From Octopus sinensis (Eukaryota), in the NCBI RefSeq assembly GCF_006345805.1, contig NC_043003.1:76260001-76324000 (forward strand): 64,000 nucleotides of DNA, written 5' to 3'. This document shows, piece after piece, positions 1 to 13,066 of the stretch. How positions within the stretch are numbered: the stretch's first letter is position 1; every line of letters starts with the position of its first letter. Made by a program: the position numbers and the translations under genes. Under the pieces are notes generated by a model. That model saw nothing but the letters and a program-made list of their open reading frames with translations, was not told the DNA's origin and made no database searches.

Positions 1-180
1 GTGGAATTCTTGCAGAAAACAGCAATGCTTTGAAGTGCTCGAGTACTCCGGATGTTGTTCGAAAAACAAGGGGTGTTACCTTAGTTCACTGGTAGTGAAT
101 AGCTGATACCGTAGTACATCTCCTGCGTTAGTTGCTGTGCAAAGGCAATACAATAATATCAATGATTATGATGATGATGA
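1..180 (+). mobile_element. 3' end of an R4/Dong-like non-LTR retrotransposon (ORF C-terminus, 3' UTR, short GAT-repeat tail)
   Basis: Frame 1 reads VEFLQKTAML*SARVLRMLFEK, matching the LQKxALLGTARILRxVL C-terminal motif of R4/Dong elements. The frame stops at 82-84 and is followed by a UTR ending in (GAT)n. Confidence 0.6.
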
Positions 181-271
181 CCCATCTACGAGAATAGTGC
201 ATCGCCATTGATTTGTGTGCTGAGAATGGTTACGTTGAGTAAAATATTGCAGAAAAGCAAGTTAAAGTATG

Positions 272-670
272 AACTAGGAAGCGCCAAAGGAAAACTTAGC
301 TACCTGTTATGGATGGTGTGAAGTTGTTCATAAAAAACGTGGTAGAACTTGACAGTTTAGTCCAGTGTGTGCTCATTTTCTTGAATGATATCAAGATGCA
401 GCTTGGACTTACAAAATGTGCTACGATGATGATGAGAGGAAGAAGCTTGTCAGGACAGAAGGTTTATATACGTCAAGTAGTGATATGATGAAGGCAAGTG
501 AACCTGAATCCGGATATAAATACTTAAGAATACGTGAATGATATGAAAGAAAAGACTAATAAAGCGAGAAAACTATTGGAATCAAAGCTGTATGGCAGAA
601 ATATAATTTTGGTAATGTTCTCTCGAGCAGTCGCTGTAGTTCAGTATTGCGCTGAAATTCTAGAGTGGGC
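272..670 (+). pseudogene. Degenerate R4/Dong-like reverse transcriptase fragment (RT domains 5-7 and thumb)
   Basis: Manual translation across frameshifts gives MDGVKLFIKNVVELDSLVQCVLIFLNDIKMQLGLTKCA, then GYKYLRI, then RKLLESKLYGRNI...AVAVVQYCAEILEW. These match the MDDLKLF, DIGMEFGLDKCA, YKYLG and RKILKSKLNG motifs of R4/Dong RT. Confidence 0.7.
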
Positions 671-886
671 AGCGAGCTGGCAGAATAGTTAGTCCGATGG
701 ACAAAATACACAGGAGAATTTCGCCTCTCTTTATGTTCTAAAATGAAATGCCACTGAGATTGACTTTGCCTTTTATGGTTTCAGGGTAGCTTATATGAGA
801 ACCAGTGGAGCACGGGTCTCAGTTTCATCAACTAGCATCCTCTCCTAAAAAATTTAGACTTTGTGCCACGATAGTAGCAAAAACTG

Positions 887-935
887 TTATTATTATTACT
901 ATAATAATAATAATTATTATTATTATTATTATTAA

Positions 936-1008
<73 letters not shown>

Positions 1009-1040
1009 GTTATTATTATTGTTATTATTGTTATTATTGT
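887..1040. repeat. (TTA)n microsatellite
   Basis: Direct reading; explains the poly-I and poly-N ORFs at 805-1089. Confidence 0.95.
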
Positions 1041-4000
1041 TTTTATTCAAACCTTGTGTCGAACTCAATATATAAGACACTTGTATTGAAGTAAATATAG
1101 TATTATTATCAACAGTATTAGTAGTAGTATCATCATCAGTAGTAGTAATAACAGCAACAGTAGCAGCAGCAGGTAGGATTTAATGAGGAGCAAATGCAGT
1201 TTTATTTCTGAATGAGTTCGAGAATATGAGGTCATTACTAAAACCTTTTATCCAATAATTTTTATTATCGGCTGCAATAGGAAGCAGAAAATGAAAAACA
1301 GACGGAAGAAGCAAAACAATTTGATCAGCATTTGATGCCACTACTTGACTAGTTCATCATTTCTATCGACCTCGAAACGATGAATGTCCAAGTTGGCCAC
1401 AGCGAGATCTAAAGTTAGTATGTAACGAGTTGAAAAAAGCGCAGCAAATTATTTTTCTGACAATTCACCAAAATATGAAAACTATTCCAAGTTTTTTTGC
1501 GATAGGCCAGCCATTTACGGGAGACGGGTGTGTGTTTAGTCGATTACATAGATTTCAATAATTTATTGTTACTTCATTTTATCGACTTAGATGAATCGAA
1601 GGGCAGAGCTGACCTCGTTGAGAACTGAACATATGATGTAAATGGAAGGAATGAATGCCAAAACTCTGTTTTTTCTTTTCTTTGTTTTCGTCTCTAGCGA
1701 CGCTTTAAATGGCTCTACCAGTTCACCACCTTCAGGAGAATCAAGATAAGACTTGAAAAGCAGAATCAGGTAATAATATTCAAATTTAGGAGGTAGAATG
1801 GTAGACATGTAGTAATTTAATTTTGCATGTTGTAGCCTATTGAGGAAAACAGAAGGTATGACAGGATCGATGGCCCACTTCAGCGCTTGTGACATTTGTA
1901 AGGAACAAACAAGAAATCGTCATCAGACCTGACATGTATGCTTGCGATATTACCCAATAACCAGATAACTGAGTTAAACCGAGTGACAGATACTTTCACG
2001 TGTTATATAAGCAAGAGCCAATTTTCGTTTTCTCCCCTACTGATGGCTGTAGTACCTAATCTTAGTTCATTTTCTTTTTCACAACATTTTGCTTTATATC
2101 GGAGGTGACCAAGTATGACACTAAGAGGGAAACACCTCTAAATATTTCTTGAATCTGACTGAACAGATAATTCCTTCATTTAAAATGTGAACAATAGTAT
2201 TACCTATCTCGGCAAGATAGACATTACAGCAGGTAATGATCATGCCGGAGGTGGTGTCGAAGCCTCAGAGACATGGTTTGTTCAGTCCGCTGTTTCATTG
2301 AAAGATAACAAATTTAATTAACAGAACATATATTTTGCCGAGAGTAATATCGGAAGGAAGCATAAGAAATGAAGCAGATCTAATGCATAGTCACATTGAC
2401 AGATCCCAGCAATGACACGTAATAGCAACAACAGTAATAGTAAAATATTGGTGAGTAGCAGTGAGTGTTACGCTAAGAGAAAGAAGAACGACAACAATAA
2501 CACAAATAGTATGAATAACAATAGCAACGGGAATATGAAAGTCAATAATAGCAAGTCAATTGTTCCAATGAAGAAAGCGCCTGCAAGAAATCGCAGTCAA
2601 ATCTTCTTGAAATGCCACCATGGCGTTCCAAACGAAAGACAGATACACTAGACAATGAGGTGTTCTCCTGATATTATATATAAAAAAATAAAGTTACGTC
2701 CTGAAATTCATTTCAAGAAAATTTGATGGAAGTCTAAGAGAATTCAAGTGCGAGTAGAAACCTTCACGCTTCAGCTGAAACTGCTAGAAGTAGCAGCCAT
2801 ATAATATGCCTCAACAATACCTTATATACATATTGGGCAGAATCTTCGTGAATCTTGAAGAAAAACCACAATATCAAGGTTTTTCTAAGTTTCAATTTCA
2901 TGGTTTCATGGAGCAGAGATGATACTCCACAACAACAATAACTGAAAACAAATATAACAATGAACCATTTAGATACATCCTGATACGTCTTAAAAAGATT
3001 CCGACAAACCACATGTTTCCAATCCTTAAAACATAGCTGCTTATAATAACCGTGGAACCATCGACGGAGCCGATTTAGTGTCGCTTTACCTGCTAGAAAA
3101 ATAGACAAATATCTTTCAAATCATATGCTGCCGTCTTAAATGAAGAAGACCACATGAGGTAATATATATTTAAATACCCCCTAAAATCGTGATGTTCATG
3201 ACTGGAATGTTGTCAATAATGTGGGGCACAGACCTGTATAGAAGGGTGCTATCTCCCTCTGCAGAAGAAAATCTTTTGGAACCACTAATCTAAATATTGA
3301 CCTCATGGTTTGATTAGGCTTAACTAAAACTGATACATCAGTCTTCTGACAACCCGATTCTGCTCAAATAGTATAGAAGCAGAAGCTCTCAAATCCAACG
3401 TCTCGCCGTTTTATGAGCAACATCAAAAAGTATCAAAGAAAACCAGCCATTACATTTTATAATATAAACACACTACCTACTCGTGAAGAAAGAGTACGAG
3501 TTTTCGTGCAGTATCCCTGCATTATTTACAAATTATGCAGAAGCCCTGATGAAAAGAATAAAATGGTGCACAATCGTAATCCAATAACATTTACATTCTA
3601 TATATTTGTCGGAGACAGAAGAAAATTTGATGAAATAGACAAGTCTACAACAAGACCAGTTCTTAAAATATATTCAATCTTTCTCTATCTCTTTGATAAA
3701 ACAAAGTAAAACTTACAGAATATTGCTCTGGTGTCATGTCAAATACAACTTTTATCGCTTACAGAGAAACAACAAAAACAAAACACGTAAATTGTAAAAC
3801 CATACCGGTAATCCCGTGGTACCATAATAAAAAACTCCACTCTCTCCTTCACTAGGTGTACAAACTCCCATAAGCACTCATACAGTCACATGTACAATAT
3901 CTCATAAAGTTACTATAACATTCCAAAATAAATACCGTTCTGCTTCAGCCGAAATACTGAAGAAATTCGTTCACAAATAACAGAACCCCAAATTATACCC

Positions 4001-5317
4001 TTAGCTATTATTACCATGTTTGAATTACTATGTTTAAGTCAGTTACAATTGTTAGTAACCACTAATGTAAATGAACAGGATGTATTTAAATAAAAATGTG
4101 ATTCGCATCTAGTTCGAAAGATTATCGATAAGTCGGACTGTCTTCATTTAAATAAGAATCAGAATGAAAATTGTTACATAAAACATGACCTATAAAACAA
4201 GAAGCTCAACAACATGACTAGTTTCGATTACTATAACCGCTGAAACACAAATGAAAATAACTGGTTTAAACAACTGTAAGAACAATCTTTAACAAACGGT
4301 AGGAATTTGGCATTATATGTTAATGTTGCTAAAATTAGTCGAAATTGGTCTACCCTAAATAATCGGTAGACGAAGAAAAACACGTAAGAGAATGTTGAAA
4401 GAATGATGGAATATATTGATGCATAGAGTGATCTGCCGTGGCTTTCCACCATCAGGTTTCTGTTTTTTAATCAGTTAATTGCTTACACATTCTTATGCAC
4501 TTGTTTGTAGATGCGTACCTGCAGTTTTAAAGAAATTCTCGAGCCGTATTAGCGCGACTGAATTTAACAGGACTGTACCTTCAAATTCAGATACTAAACA
4601 TCTATCCATTTTCATTTATCAGGATTCTGACGATTGAGATTCAAAATAGGGATCTTTCGATACTGAAATGAACTTTACCAGTCTCCAGTAAAGCCTGAAT
4701 TCATTAGAGAGAATATGAGAATAAATATAACATCAGCAACAAATTACCTCGTCGTCACCGTTGGTCTTCAACACAAGAGTATATTTTACAGTATATTCAG
4801 CACGAGGTGGCCAGACCTTCTAAGAGTTAAGTTTTCTTTTCTTTTCATGACTGATATGAAAATACAAAAATATATTAAATAATATAGTAATAGACGGGGT
4901 GAATTATAAGCATTCTTCCAAAATATATCAACCGATAAAATGATGATAAAACATCTTTAAAAATTTTAGTAAGCAATGAAGCACTTCTGACATGATATGA
5001 AATTGTTTGTAGCCGACCAAAATCTTGAATGTTTAGAAACAACTTCGCAATAAACATTTAAGTGAAATGATAACCTCTCCCTCTTTTTACTACAATAGTA
5101 TTGATTTTTTGTTACATGGACACAAGATAATTGATATAGTCGATTCCATCAATTGTAAGTACTTACTAGTATGTATGTTATCAGGTCTAGAAAAGTGAAT
5201 AGCAAATTGACCTCGCTGGTAATTAACCTCAAAGGCAATGTGTAAGGAATTAAATACTGAAAAGTATTTTCTCCACCCGTTTACAAATTCTGCACGCCTT
5301 ACTGCCCTTAATTTACA

Positions 5318-5585
5318 ATAATACTGGTTTCAAATTTTGGCACAAGGCCAGCAATTTTGGGGAAGGGTATAAGTCGATTACATCGACCCCAGTGCTTCAC
5401 TGGTACTACCTTATCGACACCGAGAGGATAAGGAGACAAACAAGAACTGGTACTAAATTTATCGACCCCGAAAGGATGAAAGGCAAAGTCAACCTCGGCG
5501 GAATTTGAACTTGGAACGTAAGGGCAGACGAAATACCACTAAGCATTTCTCCAGCATACTATCGCCTCTGCCAGTTCACCGTCTT
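5318..5585 (-). mobile_element. tRNA-derived SINE of the abundant GCCTTTCATCCTTTCGGGGTCGATAAA-core family (tail type 1, partial internal duplication of the core)
   Basis: Core ATCGACCCCGAAAGGATGAAAGGCAAAGTC(A/G)ACCTCGGCGGAATTTGA is shared with the copies at 41.5-41.9 kb and 62.5 kb. The minus strand has a B-box-like GTTCAAATTCC and a tRNA-like head. Confidence 0.85.
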
Positions 5586-6377
5586 TTAATTTTAACTCAC
5601 AAGTATATTAAATGTTGAAAGTGTGATGGATTTGGGATTTATCTAGATGCAAAATCAGGGCAGTTCACAATGATGTGATAACAGTCAATGAATTGATGAG
5701 GAGCGTGAATTCACCCATTTTCGATTAGTCGAACAAATGCTAGATACGTTATCTAGTCAGTAAAGTGACTGATATTGATGCAGAGTATTTTCTGAGTTGT
5801 TCCTCTACTACTAGGAGTTATGTGTCCCACTGCCTAATATATATGGGTAGCTGGGTAAAATCTGTGTTTGTGCGTGTCTTTAGTTTTGCATAATGGCTTC
5901 TAACTAATTGAATTAGCGTTGACATGATCAGGACTGTTAAAACCTTAGATGAAAATGCAGCTCCTTATCGAACAAGCATCCTGGTATGGCGTATTAGGAA
6001 ATTCATGAAATTTAACCGCGTTATCTTCACACAAATTCCAGTCATCTTTTCCGATGAAGCATTAACAGTGCGAATAATTATTTGCAAGAAAACATCAAAA
6101 GCTCCAGATTAGATGTAACTCAAAGAGTTATATTCTCTGATGAATCAATGAGTTTCATATAATGATAGCATATCAGCCTTCGAACAGCTGAAGATGACAA
6201 ATACTACACGTCTCAGTAAAACGTGTTTAACGTATCAAATTTGTACTATGTTCAGCACGCTAATAAAAACTAAATTCATAAAAATGCAATTCTTAGGTTA
6301 TGTAATTGATTGTCGGTTGTACTCATATGTCACATACATATTGTTTCATAAGCATTATTCCATGAGCACCGGAGCAG

Positions 6378-6426
6378 AGTAGTAGTAGTAGTAGTAGTAG
6401 TAGTAGCAGTAGTTCTTCTTGTTGTT

Positions 6427-6463
<37 letters not shown>

Positions 6464-6509
6464 GAGGAGGAGGAGGAGGAGGAGTAGTAGCAGCAGCAGC
6501 TGTAGTAGT
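6378..6509. repeat. Compound (GTA)n/(GAG)n/(CAG)n microsatellite
   Basis: Direct reading. Confidence 0.95.
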
Positions 6510-6705
6510 TTTCTGGAACACAAAAGTCACACTTCATTCAGTTTTCATGGACTCTATAGAGAATTCGTGCACTTCTAAGCAAAACTGTTATCATTACAAC
6601 TTATAGTGGAAATTTGATTTATGAGAAGATATATAAAAATATTTCATCATAAAGAACAAATTTTGACTACTTACAATTTACAATAATTGTATATATATAT
6701 ATATA

Positions 6706-7082
6706 CGAATAACACATCCTAAATTTAGGGAATGAACTAGGCAAAATCCAAGCTACATATGTTTCATAGCTGGTGGATCCACAACAGGCGAAACTGAGTC
6801 TACTGTGTTTAGCAAAAATATATTTCCTTGCACTTCCCTCTTTCCCTCTCTTTCACTCGCTCTACCCTATCCATTTCAAATACTACCCTTTTATTTTCAT
6901 CCTTTGACTCTGTTTATAGAATGCAACAAGATGTTTACTTATCTATCCCACAACAGACTCGCGAATGACCCCTACCTAAATTTCATAAAGGGATCTCTGC
7001 GGCCAATTTCAATACTAAACCTTCTCTCCCCAGCCTCACCATTTTACATATGTGCCACCTCATAACAAAGTTACCCATTCCC

Positions 7083-7119
<37 letters not shown>

Positions 7120-7381
7120 CTTTTATTTTTACTTATTCACAAATATGCTTCCATCTCGAAATCTACTTTGTTACGTATTTCCATCGAATCACCCATGAGT
7201 TTCCAGGATCTCCAAACGACAATGTGAACTTCATATATATCAAAGTATTCTTGACCTAAAGAGTAGCCTACAGTCTATCTCACGTTTCGATAGTTTACTA
7301 CTTCCGATCTTCCGCTAGCTATGAAACATATGTAGTCTGCATTTTATCTATTTCATTCCCCAAATTTTGGAAGTTTATTCG
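6706..7381. mobile_element. MITE-like element with ~70-bp terminal inverted repeats
   Basis: Left arm CGAATAACACATCCTAAATTTAGGGAATGAACTAGGCAAAATCCAAGCTACATATGTTTCATAGCTGGTGGA aligns to the reverse complement of 7312-7381 with about 10 mismatches over the 61-bp core. It is preceded by TA and has no internal transposase. Confidence 0.7.
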
Positions 7382-7565
7382 CATATAGGACCCTTACTTC
7401 TAACGAACAACAACGAAATTAACTTTTTTCAGCTTATCGTACTTCGATGCCGGAACACTTCCGCACGAATAAAACACTGTTATTCCTGAATGTATCTCCT
7501 ACGGATTGCTGGAATCTCACTAACATTCTAAACCATGATACTGGAATCTTACCTTTACACGAACT

Positions 7566-7644
<79 letters not shown>

Positions 7645-8129
7645 CGTGCATTTCAAAGCTACGATTATCAGCTACCATCAATGAGCAGGGGTATTCAATT
7701 TAGTGGATATACATGTCAAACATCGTTAGTGTATACATAATTTATATATAAATTTATAAATAAGAGATAGAATGAACAGGCTTTTCTCAAAAATCACAAT
7801 TGATTTTGTGCAATTCTAAAATATGCTAGTTGCTATGACTATATGCTAAACCATTTAGCATAAAATCCAAGTCGGTGAAATGGCTTGCAGCGGATTTTCT
7901 TCGGTTGATAAAACAATTATGCAAGATTGATGTATGTTACTCTGAGATAAGACTTGATATAAGTTGTCTCGCTTACCTGTGACTTACATTCAGTAGTCTT
8001 GCACCAGGCATATAGAGAATATATTCTCTTACACCTAAAACCGTAACTGACCCAACAAGTAACAACACATGTTCCTTCTGTATGTGCATTCGATTTTGTC
8101 TACTTCATTTTTGTGTGTGTATATATATA

Positions 8130-8345
8130 TATATATGTGCTACAGAGATGTACTTGCATAGCAAGTGACCTGATCTGAGATCGTGTGCTGGAACGAAAAC
8201 AATTGCAGCGTGGAAGGTGTTTATAAGCCATTTAAGAAACACACAAAAACCGTTAGATTCACTACAATATTTAAATTTAATTTGTTAAAATATTTTCGTC
8301 GCTTTGGGACGGCGACGTGTTCGCCGACAAAATCCCGTGCTGTTA
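8130..8345 (-). mobile_element. Short (TA)n-flanked interspersed repeat carrying a hammerhead-like motif (putative Penelope-derived non-autonomous element)
   Basis: GC-richer island between TA tracts. The minus strand of 8281-8333 folds as a minimal type-I hammerhead variant (see findings). Confidence 0.5.
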
Positions 8346-8479
8346 TATATATGTGTATATATGTATATATATATATTAGCAAAATTTAGATTCAAATGAA
8401 TATGGTACCTAAGTTAGATGCACCAGGATTTTGTATGGTGTTATCCATATAAATCCATGGGGTTTATAATCACCCCATG

Positions 8480-8559
<80 letters not shown>

Positions 8560-8830
8560 TGTATGTATACAACCGGTTTCTCAGTTTAAGCTGGTTTTCA
8601 AAAAGTTCAAATAGAAAGACGTTGCTTATGTCGCAGCTGTCTTGTTTCTGACTAGTTTCTGAAGTTTGCCCTTTATTCATAGGGAGTTCATGGCTGAAAT
8701 TAGTACATGTTTTGAATAGGATTTGATTGACAGAGGATAGTCACATGACAGGTCTTTAAACTTTTTGTAGGTTCCCCGCTACGTCTCAGTGTGAGTATCA
8801 AGTAACAATGTGTGGTGTCGTAAGTTAAGG

Positions 8831-9780
8831 TTGACACAATTGACTGAACATTTTCAAACACTTAATGCCCCGAATGTTTTCAGTTAAGTCTGTAGAGAAT
8901 GAAAGAGCAAGGAATATTAATGTAGCACATGGGGATCGGACAGTAAGCGTAAACCTGTGTCAACGGTGATTCCAGAAATTCCGAGTCGGAAACTACAGCC
9001 TAGAAATCGAGCCTCTTCCATGAAGATCTGTACAGATCGACGAGGATATCTTGCAAACCCTGGGGGCACACAATCCCATCGGAACTCTTGTGCAACTAGC
9101 AGAGAAGCATCGATGTGGTCATTCAACCATTCATCGACACCTGCGTGTCATCGGAAAATCAGCAAATTGGATCAATTGGTTCGTCAAAAGTTTTTCGTGT
9201 CTAATCACGCACAGAGAGTGAATGTGTGCTCTCTTTGCCGTCACTTCTCATGAATGAATCTTTTTTGGTGGGATATGAAAGATTTAGTCCACTTTAAACT
9301 TTTAAATCCAAACCAACTGATAACAAAAGAGATCTACTTCGAGCAGCTTGAGCGGCGTAAGTCAGCACTTGACGAAAAACGACCATCTTTGGTTTCAAGA
9401 CGAAAGGTGTTCTTCCATGAGGATAATGCTTGGCCATATACAACTAGGATGACATTCCAAAGGCTGGGGCATTTTAAAGATAAACGATGCCCCACCCACC
9501 ATATTCGCCGTATATTGCCCCATCTGATTATCAATTTTTCCGCAGTTTTCAAAATCATTTGGCCGATAAAATTATGAATTCTGTAGACGAGGTCAGAAGA
9601 TTTCTGGAGGAGTATTTTTTGTCACGGACAAGTGAATTTTGTAAGAGGGGTATTGCCAGATGGAAGAGCATTGTAGAAAAATGAAGGAGAGTGTATTTTA
9701 AATAAAAATAAACTTTGTTTAGTTTAATTTTGAAAAATAAAAGAAGTATAAAAAACCGTATTATTTATGAGATAATACAA
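8831..9780 (+). pseudogene. Mariner (DD34D) transposase relic with internal deletion and right TIR
   Basis: HTH-like RARNINVAHGDRTVSVNLCQR*FQKFRVGNYSLE and HSTIHRHL. ORFs 9254-9577 and 9487-9684 carry WWDMKDLVHFKLL, FHEDNAWPY and HPPYSPYIAPSDYQFFRSFQ. A TIR-like AAACCGTATTATTTATGAGATAATACAA at ~9753-9780 is followed by TA. Confidence 0.9.
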
Positions 9781-10165
9781 TATATATTGAAATTCGTTTG
9801 GTAAATTATCATAGCCTTTCGTTATTTAGTATGATTTACTTATAAAATTCGTAGAACAAGGATTATATCTCGCATACTTCTCAAAAGGTCTTAAATTAAA
9901 TAATGTTATGTATTCATCTTTTAATGTAAAATATATCTTATGATAAATTTATTAGGAAAGTTGAATCTGACAATCAAAATTTTAAAACAATTTATTGAAC
10001 AGCTGCAGAGTAAAATTCCAAAGCGTGTAGCAAGTATCGGGAAAGGTTAATGTTAAATATCTATAATACATTGCATAATCACAGATATACACATTCATTT
10101 GTTATATAGCTACATAGACTTACACTCATGAATTTATAAATACTCAATAGCTTCTAAAACACGTT

Positions 10166-10259
<94 letters not shown>
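10166..10259. repeat. (GATA)n microsatellite
   Basis: Direct reading. Confidence 0.95.
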
Positions 10260-10794
10260 CATTTGAAGTGTGTATGTGTACACCTGTAAGACAAACATAC
10301 AAAGAACTTGGTAGCAATATTATTGTATTTGTACTTTCTAAGAGATTAGTAATAGGATAGAGGACGTGGAATCTTTGACATTTTGCTTTAGTTTATTTCG
10401 AAGACAATGTTAAGAATTTTCGAAAGAAGGAAAATGGTAAAGTACTTGTGAGAAATCTTGAATACCAAATGACATTTGTGATATTTGGTTTTGAATATTG
10501 CCACAAGTAGAAATGTGGGCATTAATAAAGTTGCTTGATTTACGCGAGAGATACTATTATCAAGAAAGACGGTTCAGTTTATTTTACACATGATACGTAA
10601 ATTTTCTCATCCAATTCAGCACGTTCAAGGTGATAACCATTTACCTAAATACATTGAACATGCAAGTCAGTTGCCACGAATTGCATAAATACTTTTGCTG
10701 AATGTGCTAACTATCCCCATAGAATTAACAACAAATGCATATATCAGTACAAAAGATACACGTATAAAATAGCTACAAATGCAATGCATAGACG

Positions 10795-10796
<2 letters not shown>

Positions 10797-10826
<30 letters not shown>

Positions 10827-10943
10827 CTTCTTCTTCTTCTTCTTTCTTCTTCTTCTTCTTCTTCTTCTTCTTCTTCTTCTTCTCCTCCTCCTTTCTTCCT
10901 TCGTTTTCCTCTTCTTTTCACCCCCCCCACATATATATATATA

Positions 10944-11004
<61 letters not shown>
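10797..11004. repeat. (TTC)n followed by (TA)n microsatellites
   Basis: Direct reading; source of ORFs 10667-11116. Confidence 0.95.
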
Positions 11005-11006
<2 letters not shown>

Positions 11007-11579
11007 GCAGAGATACCCGGCTTTGGCCGCGTCACATGGAATTAGACTTTTCTTTTATATTTTCTCTAATGAACTGGAACACTTATGATTCGAATTTCAT
11101 CAAAATTGGAGATTAAGAATTTTAATGAGGGTTCTTTCCCTCTTTACACACCCTGACAAAAATCGTAATCATGGCATATTTATGCCATACTACATATCTT
11201 TACGCCCAGATTCTAATATCCAAATCTTATAAAACCTATTCAGAGGTTTTTGCTCCTGATAAATGGAGCGCATGGAGCTCTAAAATATGGGAGTTAAGTC
11301 TCCTATTAGCGGGTGGGAGAAGGAGCTTTGGTTATTGTTTAAAAATTGAATTGTGTCCCTGTTTGGGGAAATTGACAATATTTTCACCGTTTACACGGAA
11401 GCATTTTTGTTACTGTGCCTTCGATAGAAGAAAGTCCAAAAATAAATTTGGCTGCAGCTGTCGGCGGGCGCGAACTCATTAAAATTAAAATGAAAGAAAT
11501 AAAAACCTATTTAAGATTGATCATCGACAAAGACGGTGAATCTAGGATAACACCACCAAACGAAATAAAAAATTAAATT

Positions 11580-11930
11580 AAAGAAAAGACTATTGTCTAT
11601 AAAGTATACAAGGTAGAGAAAAAAAAGATTTGAACACCTGGAGGAAAGCACCATCGAAAAGTGTCTTGGTGCGACTATGAAAGTTATCAAGTATCTAACC
11701 AGAGGCGGTGAATTTGCCACAACAGAAGCAAGGTTCGAGTCAACGGAGCGTGCAAGGGAGTACTCGACTCGAACCTGGCAAATTGGAAATATTTTATTTT
11801 TACCTTTGTATCTGGGACGTAGGATGCCCCGGATAAAAATTTAAAATACCCCCTCAGAAGTAGAGGTAGGCTGGAGTGTAGCCACACTTCTATACAAGAG
11901 GGAGGACAAGATACAATTGATCGAAATTGC
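11580..11930 (+). pseudogene. Fragment of a Tx1/L1-like ORF1 (gag-like), homologous to 18.2-18.5 kb
   Basis: Reads KEKTIVYKVYKVEKKRFEHLEESTIEKCLGATMKVIKYLTRGGEFATTEARFES...LFLPLYLGRRMPRIKI*NTPSEVEVGW. It aligns by eye with the ORF1 segment TVLFRCISVDMKRVAL...IEYIAKGKQYGTISVLFKS...RIDRIVPGLDTWW. Confidence 0.55.
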
Positions 11931-12135
11931 AAGAGACGGGCCTACAATTCCAGTCTGTTATATATTTTGAGTATTGTTATCACTAGCGATATCAAGATAT
12001 AACTTTGTATTTTGTATTTTTGTGTAGATGTATATATAAAGATGTACATGTAATATGTACACATATATATACACATATATACATGCACTACCACATATAT
12101 ACATGCACTACCGTCGTTGCCGGGTCATAATGCCA

Positions 12136-12179
<44 letters not shown>

Positions 12180-12917
12180 ATATATATATACGTATGTATA
12201 TATGTATGTATGCATGTATGTATGATTGTATATATGTATGATGAAATCTTTTGAAAAAATTTATCCTATTTTAGAAGTATATACATAAAGAAGTATATAT
12301 TCATATATATACATACATATGCATATACATAAAATATTACCGATCGCACATATATTTTATATATCTTTTGTGTATATATATATATAAGCTTTTGTTCTGA
12401 ATGCGTACTTTTTAAAACAAGGATATTCATGTCTTCCATTCTTTCTGATTTTATTTGCCTTTCGCATTATTACTTTACATTATTAGCAAAAGTATATATA
12501 TCAAAAAACTCGGCAATAAACACACACGAAGAAGAAACTGATATGTGAGATCAAATTCCAGATGATTTCCTGCTTGTTGGAAGAACACTGGCGCCAGTAT
12601 TCTCTTACATTACAGACATCAGATTGAGAAAATGAATTAAACGTAGAAGCTAGTATCCACACGACACAAATAAAATTCCATACTTCCTTAACTGCCACGA
12701 CAACAAATATTTCATTCTTGTACGAAGTCGAATGCTTTGGAAGGGCAATGGATAAGTTTGAAATATATTGAACAAAGATCACGAGCAAAAACGGACTGGA
12801 AATACTTCACTTGTACATTCATATATCAACTCTATCTCTCTCTCTCCCTTTCGTTCTCTTCGTATCTTTCTCAAACACAAGCACACGCGTATTTATGTGC
12901 GTGTGTATAAATACGTG

Positions 12918-12921
12918 TATG

Positions 12922-12993
<72 letters not shown>

Positions 12994-13002
12994 CATATAT
13001 AG

Positions 13003-13066
<64 letters not shown>
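12918..13066. repeat. (TA)n and (GATA)n microsatellites
   Basis: Direct reading. Confidence 0.9.

Noticed and set aside
805-1089. Poly-I/poly-N, YI, HT, CV, poly-E/K/R/S/L ORFs here and throughout the ORF track
   Set aside because: They are translations of (TTA)n, (TA)n, (CA)n, (GAA)n and (GTA)n microsatellites, not genes.
5880-6030. Possible ancient mariner HTH relic (KTLDENAAPYRTSILVW)
   Set aside because: Only a vague resemblance, with no catalytic motifs or TIRs.
8434-8465. Candidate left TIR of the 8.8-9.8-kb mariner
   Set aside because: The match to the right TIR is partial and needs gaps, so I did not use it as a boundary.
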